Source: a bacterium (GTDB taxonomy: Bacteria; Zhuqueibacterota; Zhuqueibacteria; Residuimicrobiales; Krinioviventaceae). From it: a stretch of DNA of 64,000 nucleotides. Under the pieces are notes generated by a model, which saw only the letters and a list, made by a program, of their open reading frames with translations, had not been told where the DNA came from and did not search any database. A program made the position numbers and the translations under genes. Position 1 is the stretch's first letter, and every line of letters starts with the position of its first letter. The stretch lies in NCBI GenBank assembly GCA_963675755.2, contig CAXXMD010000003.1, positions 896,001 through 960,000 of the forward strand, given 5' to 3'. Of this stretch, positions 40,424-49,889 are shown piece after piece.

Positions 40424-42589
40424 ATGAAAAGATTATTATATATTGTAATTTTTCTATTTGCATCCAACATCTCATTTGCGGCGATTACCGGCACCATCAC
40501 CGGAACAGTCAAGGACCAGGAAACCGGCGATGTTCTGCAGGCAGTGAATGTGATTGTAGACGGAACCGTACGCGGTGCCAGTACAGATCTGGATGGCAAC
40601 TTTAAAATCGACAACCTGCCGCCGGGAACATACAAACTTCGGGCATCCATGATTGGTTACCGCACGGATTCCCATCAAAAAGTCACCGTACAGGCCAATC
40701 GTACAGTCAATGTGGATTTTATTCTCGAGCAAACCACACTGGAATTCGATCCCATTGTGGTGCTTGCCGGTAAAACCGAAATGCGATTGGACCAGGCCAG
40801 TGTATCCATGTCCGTGGTCTCGTCCAAGGAGATTGAACGCCGTAATCCCACCAGCATCATCGAAGCGCTGGAAACCGCCCCCGGCATTAACTTTATCGGT
40901 GACCAGATCAATATCCGCGGTTCAACGGGATTCACTTTCGGAGCCGGCAACAAAACCCTGCTGTTGCTTGATGGAGTACCTGTTTACGCAAGCGATACCG
41001 GCGCGTTCAACTGGGATATGCTGCCGCCGCTTGACATTGAACAGATCGAGGTTCTCAAAGGTGCGGGCTCTACCCTTTGGGGTTCTTCTGCATTAGGCGG
41101 TGTGGTTAATATTATCACTAAAGATCCTTCTCCTGAAGGGGCACTGCTCTTTTCATACTCTGCCGGTAAATACGACAAGCCCGCGTACAGCGAATGGGAA
41201 TGGACCGATCCCAACCGATTGCACTATACCCGCGAAGACGTCAGCTATAGCAAGCGTTACGGGCAACTGGGTGTGCGCGTTTCAGCGGGACGTTTCATGT
41301 CTACCGGTTATACCGAACTGGGTGATTTCCGCAAACAGAATCTGACCAGTAAAGTGGATTACCGCTTTAAAAACGGCATCAAATGGACCGGTTATGCTGC
41401 ATACAGTAAAATCAACAAGGGCTTTTTTGTACAGTGGAAAGGCCCCAACGATCCGTACCAGGTCGACCCGTCAAATCTTGACAATCGTTCAGAGGTCAAC
41501 CAACTCAGCTTGTATACCAAAGTCTCCGTGCCTTTCAATGCACGGTTTTCAATCGATATGCGTGCATCCATGAACCGTTCTCTGCTGGGTAACCAGTTTG
41601 GCAAGGATGCGGAATTTGATCCTGCAATCGGTCAGGGAGGCGAGATCCAGGCTAACTGGATTCCGGTATTCGGCCATGTGGTTACCATTGGTACCCAATA
41701 CCAGGACGATTCCGGCAGCACCAAATTCTTTGGAGAGCACAGCGGCTACTTTGTAGGGCCCTATATTCAGGACGAATGGAAGGTGCGCGAAAACCTGCGC
41801 CTCACCACAGGATTCCGTTACGATCGCTATAAACTTGTTGGTGGTAATAAAGAAGATTTATTCAGTCCCCGTTTTGGTGTCAACTGGCAGCCATGGGAGC
41901 CCACCAGTTTTCGCCTATCTGTGGGTAGCGGTTTCCGGGCCGCAACCATTACCGAGCGTTTCCTGGAAATGACTGTCATGAATTTCAAAATCAAAGCCAA
42001 TCCCGAGCTCAAATCCGAGAGTTCCTGGGCTTATGATCTGGGATGGCGGCAGTATATCAACAAGGATTGGAATTTTGACATTTCCCTGTTCCGTAACGAT
42101 TATTGGGAGCTGATTGAAGCGCATCTGGATCTGATCCGCGGACAAATCCAGTTCCGCAATATTCCCCGGGCGCGTATTCAGGGTGTGGAATTCCTGACCA
42201 AATTCAGCACTCCGGTGCGGCTGTTTGGCATCCGTATGACTCCCGGCATTGAGGGCAGCGTTACCTATATGCACCATCGTAATCTCAAATATGACGAACC
42301 CCTCACCTATCGTCCGGACTGGCTGGCTACGGCCAAAACCACGCTCCGGTCCGGCAGGTACAATTTTCAACTGGATTATCGTTACGCCAGCGAGATTGCA
42401 GAGGTCAAAATCTATCCCATTAACGACCGCGTGCCCATGCATTTCGTAGACGCGCGTTTAGATGTGGACTGGAGAATGCTGACCTTTCAGCTTGGCGTGA
42501 CCAATATGATGAATTACAACTATGCCCCACGCGAAAGCAACCTCATGCCCATGCGCGCTTTTACCCTGGGTTTACGGGGAAGATTATAA
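40424..42589 (+). CDS. TonB-dependent receptor, paralog of 33907-36051
   Basis: Signal peptide MKRLLYIV...SFA (alternative ATG 40400), TDLDGNF, EVLKGAGSTLWGSSALGGVVNI, NPELKSE. Confidence 0.92.
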   Translation: MKRLLYIVIFLFASNISFAAITGTITGTVKDQETGDVLQAVNVIVDGTVRGASTDLDGNFKIDNLPPGTYKLRASMIGYRTDSHQKVTVQANRTVNVDFILEQTTLEFDPIVVLAGKTEMRLDQASVSMSVVSSKEIERRNPTSIIEALETAPGINFIGDQINIRGSTGFTFGAGNKTLLLLDGVPVYASDTGAFNWDMLPPLDIEQIEVLKGAGSTLWGSSALGGVVNIITKDPSPEGALLFSYSAGKYDKPAYSEWEWTDPNRLHYTREDVSYSKRYGQLGVRVSAGRFMSTGYTELGDFRKQNLTSKVDYRFKNGIKWTGYAAYSKINKGFFVQWKGPNDPYQVDPSNLDNRSEVNQLSLYTKVSVPFNARFSIDMRASMNRSLLGNQFGKDAEFDPAIGQGGEIQANWIPVFGHVVTIGTQYQDDSGSTKFFGEHSGYFVGPYIQDEWKVRENLRLTTGFRYDRYKLVGGNKEDLFSPRFGVNWQPWEPTSFRLSVGSGFRAATITERFLEMTVMNFKIKANPELKSESSWAYDLGWRQYINKDWNFDISLFRNDYWELIEAHLDLIRGQIQFRNIPRARIQGVEFLTKFSTPVRLFGIRMTPGIEGSVTYMHHRNLKYDEPLTYRPDWLATAKTTLRSGRYNFQLDYRYASEIAEVKIYPINDRVPMHFVDARLDVDWRMLTFQLGVTNMMNYNYAPRESNLMPMRAFTLGLRGRL

Positions 42590-42632
42590 AAAAAGAATGG
42601 TCCGCGAGTGTCCCGAATTGGATTTAACTATA

Positions 42633-42807
42633 AAACGGTTGCTGAGTAGTCCGCCGGTAAGCGGACGTATCGAAGCACCGTTTATGAAATGTTTGCATAT
42701 CAATCAACATGTACCCCTCTTTCTGTCAACCAAGTAGTACTTGGATGATCATTACCGGGCCTTCGATACACTCGTCCGCTCAATACGGACTCGCACTCAG
42801 GCACCGG
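42633..42807. repeat. Inverted doublet of REP-like hairpins between convergent genes
   Basis: 42633-42683 CGGTTGCTGAGTAGTCCGC..GCGGACGTATCGAAGCACCG, and an inverted diverged copy at 42755-42807 (CTTCGATAC...GTCCG...CGGAC...ACTCAGGCACCGG). Confidence 0.7.
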
Positions 42808-42885
42808 CACGCTATCTACATCAATTCGGTTGCTGCATAATCCGTATCATACTTCAATCCTGGTTAAAACGAGGCAAGCTTTATA

Positions 42886-44658
42886 TCACTCCTTCACAAA
42901 CATCACAGACTGATTATCTATAACAAGCCCTAATGTTAATGGTTCATCAAAGGTATATGAAAACAAATACACATAGGGAATCCCCTCGGGATTGTCTAAT
43001 AAAAATTCAAACATTTCATCACTTCCATACACAATTTCAAAATATCTATCCCTTTCAAACCCGAATTCAAGACACTGGCTATTGTTAAAATAATAACTGA
43101 ATTCCTTGTTGTTAAACTCAAACATTTTGGCTTTTTCCTGTTGAAGACTATCGGCCTGCCATTTGAATATAACAGGTATGCCAATCCATATGTCGCTATG
43201 AACAACTTTACCTCTTTGTTTAGCAGGGGTAAAAGGGGTCCTTTTTAATACATCAACAGCTTTTGCATCTAACAAGGGATGCAGGGGTTTCAACACCTTT
43301 GTATTTACTACGCGTCCATACCGATTGATCAGGCAGTTAACCACAACTCGTCCCTGGTAATGCTTGGCAATGAAATAAGGATAATTCAAACTGTCCTGAA
43401 TAGTATGAAATCCACCAACTGGCATGGGTGGCTCATCATAGAAAACGCATAATTCAACAGAATACTCTACATCTGAGACAGTTGTAGTATTTTGAGGGGG
43501 GCTGTTCGCAGGAGGATCTTTTCTCAAAACATCCAATTGTTCCAGATCCTGCTGTTCAAGCTCTTCCCGCCAGATCCGCTGTGCGCGCCTGTCATCCTCA
43601 ATCACCAGTTTTGAAAGCCGTTCTACCAGAAAGCCTTTATCCTTTTGCTCGGCGAGTGTTGTTTTTAAAACAGCTAAATAATCCTGATATACATCAAGAA
43701 ACGGACAATAGTACTCGTCAACCGAGTTTCGTTCCAGCGGTTGTAATGTCAGTGTAAATGCCGGATCGTAATATGTCCACATTTTGTCTCTCTGTAACCA
43801 GCCGGGTGCTTCCTGGTGATATTCTAGCTCGATCATTTTTTTTCGTTCCAGGTATTCCAGAAAGGACTGAATAAAGGGATTGCCCCCGTAAACATATTTT
43901 ACCAGGTATTTGGGGAAATGATCAATATCCCAAATCAATGTTTCAAGTTGAACGGCATTGTAACAATTGTAATATTTGGGATTGACAACAATCTCGTGGT
44001 TTTTCAAAACCATATAACTACTATTATTGTAAAACGCTAGCGCGGTAAAAGGCACACCTAATACCAACCCGAATTCACGATTGTTACTGACCTTAAAGTA
44101 ATCCCCGGAATATTCAACTTTTTCACTTACACCTGATGAGACGTGAATATCAATATCAGAAGGATATTTATTAATCACATCGATTGTTTTTATTTTTGCG
44201 TCCGCGTTAAAAATCCAAACAGGATTCACACTCATGCCGCGGCTTTCAACAATACACACATACTCGATCACCACCCGCCTGCTGCTGTGCGCATTGACCG
44301 GAAAAACCCGAACCAAATAACTGCCATTACCCGACTTTGTCAATACTGCGGGATCAATATTGCGGCGGGTTATGCGGTCATAGATTTGTTCACCGGTCTT
44401 CCGTGCAAGGGTCTCGGCCCGCTCCAGTCTGCCGTCAATCTCTAACCACATGTTCGTAACAATTGCGGTCTTGTTGACATACAATCGAATAAATCCCTGC
44501 AGATTGTCCCATTCACTGTCATTCCGCAAAATAAACTCGGCCCGGGTTTTGTTCAGCACGCCATAAAATTCGGTCTCGATATTGATCTCGTCTACATACA
44601 CATTTGCAAAAACGGATGAGGAAAAAAGTAAAAATAACTGTAACAAATTTCTTCTCAA
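42886..44658 (-). CDS. Secreted VIT-domain protein with internal TonB C-terminal domain (paralog 2)
   Basis: TTG start at 44658 with GGGAGG RBS and signal peptide. VIT motifs MWLEIDG..AE...GEQIY..I..R.IDPA...VFPV...VVIEY; TonB_C motifs PMPVGG...LNYP...QGRVVVNCLINRYG...LDAKA...FTPAKQRGK. Confidence 0.75.
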   Translation of the reverse strand: MRRNLLQLFLLFSSSVFANVYVDEINIETEFYGVLNKTRAEFILRNDSEWDNLQGFIRLYVNKTAIVTNMWLEIDGRLERAETLARKTGEQIYDRITRRNIDPAVLTKSGNGSYLVRVFPVNAHSSRRVVIEYVCIVESRGMSVNPVWIFNADAKIKTIDVINKYPSDIDIHVSSGVSEKVEYSGDYFKVSNNREFGLVLGVPFTALAFYNNSSYMVLKNHEIVVNPKYYNCYNAVQLETLIWDIDHFPKYLVKYVYGGNPFIQSFLEYLERKKMIELEYHQEAPGWLQRDKMWTYYDPAFTLTLQPLERNSVDEYYCPFLDVYQDYLAVLKTTLAEQKDKGFLVERLSKLVIEDDRRAQRIWREELEQQDLEQLDVLRKDPPANSPPQNTTTVSDVEYSVELCVFYDEPPMPVGGFHTIQDSLNYPYFIAKHYQGRVVVNCLINRYGRVVNTKVLKPLHPLLDAKAVDVLKRTPFTPAKQRGKVVHSDIWIGIPVIFKWQADSLQQEKAKMFEFNNKEFSYYFNNSQCLEFGFERDRYFEIVYGSDEMFEFLLDNPEGIPYVYLFSYTFDEPLTLGLVIDNQSVMFVKE

Positions 44659-44856
44659 GGCATTCCTCCCGGCTGTCTCATTATGTGAATAGTCCCTTTC
44701 ATAGATACGCTGGCGCGTATCCGCTGCCCCTGTAAATGTATCCGGATAAAATAGAGGAGGTTCTACTATTTTAGAACGATAGGAAATCACCATTGGTTCC
44801 CGCGAAATTGCAAACGACAATAGTAGATACCGAAATCAAGAGCAAATGACTAAAAT

Positions 44857-46635
44857 TTAATTTCTAAAAATCAACACAGACTGGCCGTTCTCAACAAATC
44901 CCAATTGATTTGTTTTAAACCTGTAAAAAAACCGGTACACCAGTTTTATGCATTCCGGATGCTCCATCAGGAATTTGAAAAAGGCATCAGATTCCAGTTC
45001 CAGTTCAATAGCTAAATCTGCGTCAAATCCCTGTTCAAACACATTACGCGGATTCGCGGTCCACAACTCGAGTGTTCGCCCCAATTGCTCAAAAACAGAG
45101 TGCTCAATCTCGTCCATCTCTACAATTTTCGTATTGTTATTAAATTCAACAACGACTGTCCCCCCCCCGTCAATGTCTTTACCATCACTATTTGTCGGTT
45201 CCCATTCAACACTCTTGACGGCCCTGATGGCTTCCTGGTCCAAAAGCGGATGTAGTGATGTTTCAATGTGGGTATGGGTTACATTTCCGAATCTATCAAC
45301 GCCACAACTAACCCGAACGGTCCCTCCCAATCCGAGTTTTTGTAAAAAAGAGGGATAGTATAATTTTTCCTGAATTTTTGCATCTCCACCAATCGGTCTG
45401 GCAGGCACATAATTATCCATTCTCAACGCAGACGCAGCATAAGACACTCTCATATCCTGATCAAGTGACGAATTGGCTTTTGTTTGAAAATCCCCCGAAG
45501 TGTTTGCATGGCGTTGATCTTGATACTGCAGCTCTTCTTGCCGGATCCGTTGTGCGCGTTTATCTTTTTCAATGACAATTTTGGAGAATCTTTTGGTCAA
45601 ATATCCTTTCAGGCGCTGCACATTTACAGGTTCCTGTAAACTAAAAAGATAGTCTTCATATACATCTAAAAAGGGGCAATAACACTTTTCAACATTACTT
45701 GTCTCTTTAAAATCAGACCGTAATTGAAAAGCATTATCCAGGTATTCATAATTTTGCTGATTGACAATCCAGTTTTTTGCTTCGGTATGATAATCATATT
45801 TTATTTTACCCGTACGGGATAAATAGCTAAAAAATGCCTTTAAAAATCTGTCATTTTTTCTATAGGTAACCAAATACCGCTGGCCTCCTTTTAAATAAAA
45901 CAGTAATTCTACAAGTTGGTCCAATTCATCTCTATCAAAATCATACCTGTTCAAAGACAGGTCCTGCTTTTCAAATAACATGTCCGAATTTGATTTAAAG
46001 AAACGGAGGGCATTGTTCTCAAGAAATAGTACCAGATCTATCCGATGGGGATTCTCAAACTCGAAATAATTTTCTTTTTGATCAATCAATTTACCGTAAG
46101 GCTGATAGCGTAGGGGAGAAATATGTACATTCATTCCTTGAGGATACTTTTCTTTGATGTTAAGACAGACATGTTGTGCATGTGTTCCAAAAGTCCAAAC
46201 CGGGTAGCCTTTGTCAGCACTTTCCACAACGCAAACATACTCTATGACCACTTTTCTGCTTTTACGTGCCTCTACCGGAAACACATTTAATTCATATGCG
46301 CCATTTTCACGCTTAATCATCAAAGCAGGATCAATTCGTCTCTCTACAATTCGACCATAGATTTGTTCCCCCGTATCACGGTCCATTGTTTCAGCTTTTT
46401 CCAGCCTGCCGTCAATTTCCAGCCACATATCCGTCACTATAGCTGATTTGTTTAATTGTAAGGTAATCGTTGCTTCATCATCGCGATCCCCTTGATTATA
46501 AATAATAAACTCGGCCCGTGTCTTGTTCAGCACACCATAAAACTCGGTTTCAATATAAATTTCTTCAACACTAGAGTATGCATGTGCAGTCATGGAAAAT
46601 GCAAACCATAACAAAACCATTACCTTGAATCTCAC
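44857..46635 (-). CDS. Secreted VIT-domain protein with internal TonB C-terminal domain (paralog 1)
   Basis: GTG start at 46635 with GGGAGG RBS; signal peptide ending AHA; same VIT motifs; TonB_C motifs RPIGG...LYYP...GGTVRVSCGVDRFG...LDQEAIRAV...WEP. Confidence 0.75.
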   Translation of the reverse strand: MRFKVMVLLWFAFSMTAHAYSSVEEIYIETEFYGVLNKTRAEFIIYNQGDRDDEATITLQLNKSAIVTDMWLEIDGRLEKAETMDRDTGEQIYGRIVERRIDPALMIKRENGAYELNVFPVEARKSRKVVIEYVCVVESADKGYPVWTFGTHAQHVCLNIKEKYPQGMNVHISPLRYQPYGKLIDQKENYFEFENPHRIDLVLFLENNALRFFKSNSDMLFEKQDLSLNRYDFDRDELDQLVELLFYLKGGQRYLVTYRKNDRFLKAFFSYLSRTGKIKYDYHTEAKNWIVNQQNYEYLDNAFQLRSDFKETSNVEKCYCPFLDVYEDYLFSLQEPVNVQRLKGYLTKRFSKIVIEKDKRAQRIRQEELQYQDQRHANTSGDFQTKANSSLDQDMRVSYAASALRMDNYVPARPIGGDAKIQEKLYYPSFLQKLGLGGTVRVSCGVDRFGNVTHTHIETSLHPLLDQEAIRAVKSVEWEPTNSDGKDIDGGGTVVVEFNNNTKIVEMDEIEHSVFEQLGRTLELWTANPRNVFEQGFDADLAIELELESDAFFKFLMEHPECIKLVYRFFYRFKTNQLGFVENGQSVLIFRN

Positions 46636-46718
46636 GATATTCCTCCCAAATGTCAGGGACCAGGCGGTTTTTCCCACCGGATGGATCACCCCTTTTTTAG
46701 TAATAGATGTTTAATTTT

Positions 46719-47513
46719 TTATTTTTTCAGATTCAAATATACCTTTGCGTATCGCTTCCCCAGCTCACGAGCAGATTGAGTGTTGAAATGGACATTATCG
46801 GATCTGCAGGAAAGTCCATCTGATTTTACAAAAGCCGCATTTACCACCTCTTTTGCTGCATCCTTATGCGCCTGGTTCACAGTCTTTTTAAAATCATCCC
46901 AGGGGTTGGTCTCAAACTGGCCCATCTGCCCTATGAGAAAAGGCAGTTCAGGGTATCCCAGATCCGTTCTAAAGCGTGAGATCAAACTGATCAGCTTTGT
47001 CTTGTATGAACCGGCAAGAAGCGGTTCACAATCGCTTTCCCCCTGGTGCCAGAGAATTCCCTCAAGGTGCCCATCCAGCATGGCAAGACGTGCGCGTTTA
47101 ATAGCATCATCATAGGGATGGCTTTTGGTTTGATCATGATATCCACCCGGCTGCCAGGTATCTATGGGAGATCCACCACATGCCGCGGGGACCAGTCCTA
47201 TGACTATCGACGTGTCCTGCTCAACCAGTGCCAGAGCAAATGACTTGCCGGGTCCTACTCCCGCTGCACTTTTATCATAATGTATGGGGTCTATTGCAGG
47301 TACCCATTTGCCTTCTTTTGTCAACATTAACACCCGCGGATGGATTTGTTTGCTCAATGAATCAACATTACCGCGCCCGGCCATGTTAGATTGACCGGCC
47401 AATAAGAAAATATGAAAATTTTGTTTTTCAGGCAGATTTATTTCTGCAGAAAAAAGCATATTGCTACTCACAAACAAAAGCAGACACAACCACAACGCTT
47501 TTTTCATTATCAC
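46719..47513 (-). CDS. Secreted SGNH carbohydrate esterase (sialate O-acetylesterase/CE6-like)
   Basis: LAGQSNM, ACGGS, WHQGESD, DNVHF; signal peptide. Confidence 0.87.
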   Translation of the reverse strand: MIMKKALWLCLLLFVSSNMLFSAEINLPEKQNFHIFLLAGQSNMAGRGNVDSLSKQIHPRVLMLTKEGKWVPAIDPIHYDKSAAGVGPGKSFALALVEQDTSIVIGLVPAACGGSPIDTWQPGGYHDQTKSHPYDDAIKRARLAMLDGHLEGILWHQGESDCEPLLAGSYKTKLISLISRFRTDLGYPELPFLIGQMGQFETNPWDDFKKTVNQAHKDAAKEVVNAAFVKSDGLSCRSDNVHFNTQSARELGKRYAKVYLNLKK

Positions 47514-47609
47514 CTCAATTTTTAAATTTTTTATTACAGGTTGTTTAGAATTTTCTTTTTTTAATAATACGAGTATCTTATATTATATTAAATATTATTG
47601 GGAAATCAA

Positions 47610-48401
47610 ATGCCTACTGTTCAAAAATCATTATATTCTGAAATTGCAGAGATTGAAAAACGTTCCATTCCGGCGGTGATCGTGACAGTGGTCGAGTCCA
47701 AAGGTAGTGCTCCGCAAAAATCCGGTTCCCGTATGATCGTCTATTCCAATGGTAACACCCACGGCACCGTTGGCGGCGGCGCCATAGAAAAAGAAGCTAT
47801 TCGTCAGGCAATGGATTTAATGAACAGCAAAGAGCCCTTGTTAAAAGAATATTCTCTGGAAGCAGATACGCATATGCTATGTGGCGGTAACATGACCCTG
47901 TTTTTCGAGCCGTTAAATCCGCCTTCTCCCCTCTATGTGTTCGGAGGCGGACATGTATGCAAGGCATTGAGCGGGGTCATCAAAGACGCTGGATTTGCCA
48001 TGACAGTCATAGACAATCGCCCCGAATTTACAGCACCCGAGCGTTTTCCAGATATTAACGCGGTCATTTGTAAGCCTTATGATCAGGCATTATCAGAACT
48101 GACGTTTACGGATCATACTTTTATCGTGATTGTTACACACGGACATCTGCATGACCAGGAAATACTTGAATATTGCGTACAGCAGCATTTTGCCTATCTG
48201 GGAATGATTGGCAGCAAACGCAAAGTGGGGCAGACCCGCAAGACGTTGATGGACAAAGGCATTACCGCTGAACGGATTGACCAGATTCACAGTCCCATTG
48301 GATTGCCGATTGGTGGAGATTCTCCGGCTGAAATAGCCATCTCGATAGCAGCAGAAATGATAGCAGTAAAAAACAAAATTGATACCCTAGCATGGGAATA
48401 A
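47610..48401 (+). CDS. xdhC: XdhC/CoxI-family molybdenum cofactor chaperone
   Basis: GSAPQKSG, GTVGGG, CGG, FGGGHV, VTHGH..D, YLGMIGSKRK, PIGL.IG..SPAEIAISI. Confidence 0.9.
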   Translation: MPTVQKSLYSEIAEIEKRSIPAVIVTVVESKGSAPQKSGSRMIVYSNGNTHGTVGGGAIEKEAIRQAMDLMNSKEPLLKEYSLEADTHMLCGGNMTLFFEPLNPPSPLYVFGGGHVCKALSGVIKDAGFAMTVIDNRPEFTAPERFPDINAVICKPYDQALSELTFTDHTFIVIVTHGHLHDQEILEYCVQQHFAYLGMIGSKRKVGQTRKTLMDKGITAERIDQIHSPIGLPIGGDSPAEIAISIAAEMIAVKNKIDTLAWE

Positions 48402-48403
48402 AC

Positions 48404-48988
48404 ATGATTGCCGGAATTATACTGGCCGCGGGTGAATCCCGCAGAATGGGGCAACTAAAACCCATCCTAAAAATTGATGACAAAACCTTTATACAGCATA
48501 TTCACGGCCAACTATGCGAGGCTGGAGTTGAACCCATTGTTATTGTACTGGGATTCAGACCGGAAGAGATCAAAAGTCAATGCGGCGTTCATGCCAATTT
48601 CATAATCAATACACACTATAAACGCGGTCAATTTTCTTCCCTGCAAACCGGGGTGTTGGCATTGCCCGATCAGTGCAAGGGAGCCATTGTCTGCCTTGGC
48701 GATCAGCCCCAAATCCGTGCGGTTTGGATCAATGAATTGATCTCAGCATACAACCGTACCGGTAAAGACATAATCATTCCGGAATTTAATGGCCAGGGAG
48801 GTCACCCGGTCTTTTATTCATCCAAAGTATTAAAAGAAATACCCAACATGTCACCCAATCAAACAGCCAGAGATTTGGGTAAAACATTTCAAGATTCTGT
48901 GTACAAAATTTCAATCCAATCAGATGGTATTCTTTTTGACGCAGACACCCCCACAGAATTAAAAGATATACAATCCCGCTTTATGTAA
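48404..48988 (+). CDS. mocA: Molybdenum cofactor cytidylyltransferase (MocA-like)
   Basis: ILAAGESRRMG..K, GQFSSL, LGDQP, GHPV, DADTP; adjacent to xdhC. Confidence 0.85.
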   Translation: MIAGIILAAGESRRMGQLKPILKIDDKTFIQHIHGQLCEAGVEPIVIVLGFRPEEIKSQCGVHANFIINTHYKRGQFSSLQTGVLALPDQCKGAIVCLGDQPQIRAVWINELISAYNRTGKDIIIPEFNGQGGHPVFYSSKVLKEIPNMSPNQTARDLGKTFQDSVYKISIQSDGILFDADTPTELKDIQSRFM

Positions 48989-49101
48989 CATCCAAACATC
49001 CCGTAAAACCAGACACTGAACGGCTCTTCAGTCTGCATATTGGAATATTGCATTAACGTCCTCTGTTTTTAAAGTCAGATAGAATATTTTATGGAGGATA
49101 C

Positions 49102-49596
49102 TTGAGCTCTACTGACTATAAATTTTTACAACAACAGGGATTCAGCAGATTTTCTGAAAACGATGCGAATTACCGGGTCCTTTCATTACAATTTCAACCT
49201 ACAATTGTGGGTTCATTGGTATTTATTGCAACCATTTTTCAAGGGTGGCAATTGTTTCTAGCCATTTCAGCAGTATTGTGGATAAATGTGCTAATACCCA
49301 AAGCAAATCCTTTTGAAACCTTTTACAACCGGTTTCTCATTCGTGAAAAAGATAAACCCAGAATACAATCTGCACCGGGTCCCCGGCGTTTTGCCCAGGG
49401 GATGGCGGCTGTATTTTCATTGGGAGCTGCAATCAGCATTATCATGTCATGGAATATTGCAGCCTATATTTTTGAAGGTTTTCTGGTAATAGCCTTTTCC
49501 GCGCTATTATTTTTAAAATTTTGTCTGGGATCTTATTTATACCATCTAATAAAGGGTGAAAAAGATTTTGCAAATGCTACCTGTCCATGGAGTTAA
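49102..49596 (+). CDS. DUF4395-family membrane protein
   Basis: GGAGG RBS with TTG start; four TM segments, PRRFAQ and FCLG motifs. Confidence 0.7.
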   Translation: MSSTDYKFLQQQGFSRFSENDANYRVLSLQFQPTIVGSLVFIATIFQGWQLFLAISAVLWINVLIPKANPFETFYNRFLIREKDKPRIQSAPGPRRFAQGMAAVFSLGAAISIIMSWNIAAYIFEGFLVIAFSALLFLKFCLGSYLYHLIKGEKDFANATCPWS

Positions 49597-49889
49597 TAAA
49601 TACATTTAAAGGACAGTAAAATAAACTTTAGAAAAGTAAAAGGGGCGTCACAACTTTAGCAGCATTCTCTTGATATTTACGAATATTAGCATTCTAATTC
49701 CGGATCACAACGTGTACATGTACACATTTGCATTTAATCAAATTGTGCTTTATATTAATAATATATTCTCTTAAATCCTTTGGGATGAAAATAATTGTGT
49801 GCTGGAAAATATCCAGTCACCTGCTCCCAAAAGTAATCATACCCATTTCGCATTAAACGGCTAGGGTATTAAAAAACAAGATTTTTAAC

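Noticed and set aside
44659-44820. N-terminal extensions in the ORF track for the VIT genes (also 40241, 37797 and 32013)
   Set aside because: Downstream starts have a better RBS and/or give proper signal peptides or domain starts, and the 40241 extension overlaps the upstream gene.
49655-49700. CIRCE-like TTAGCA repeats
   Set aside because: They are direct half-sites with no inverted GAGTGCTAA partner, and no chaperone gene is adjacent.
49770-49889. Moco riboswitch
   Set aside because: The context fits, but I cannot see the conserved motif elements; kept only as a low-interest finding.
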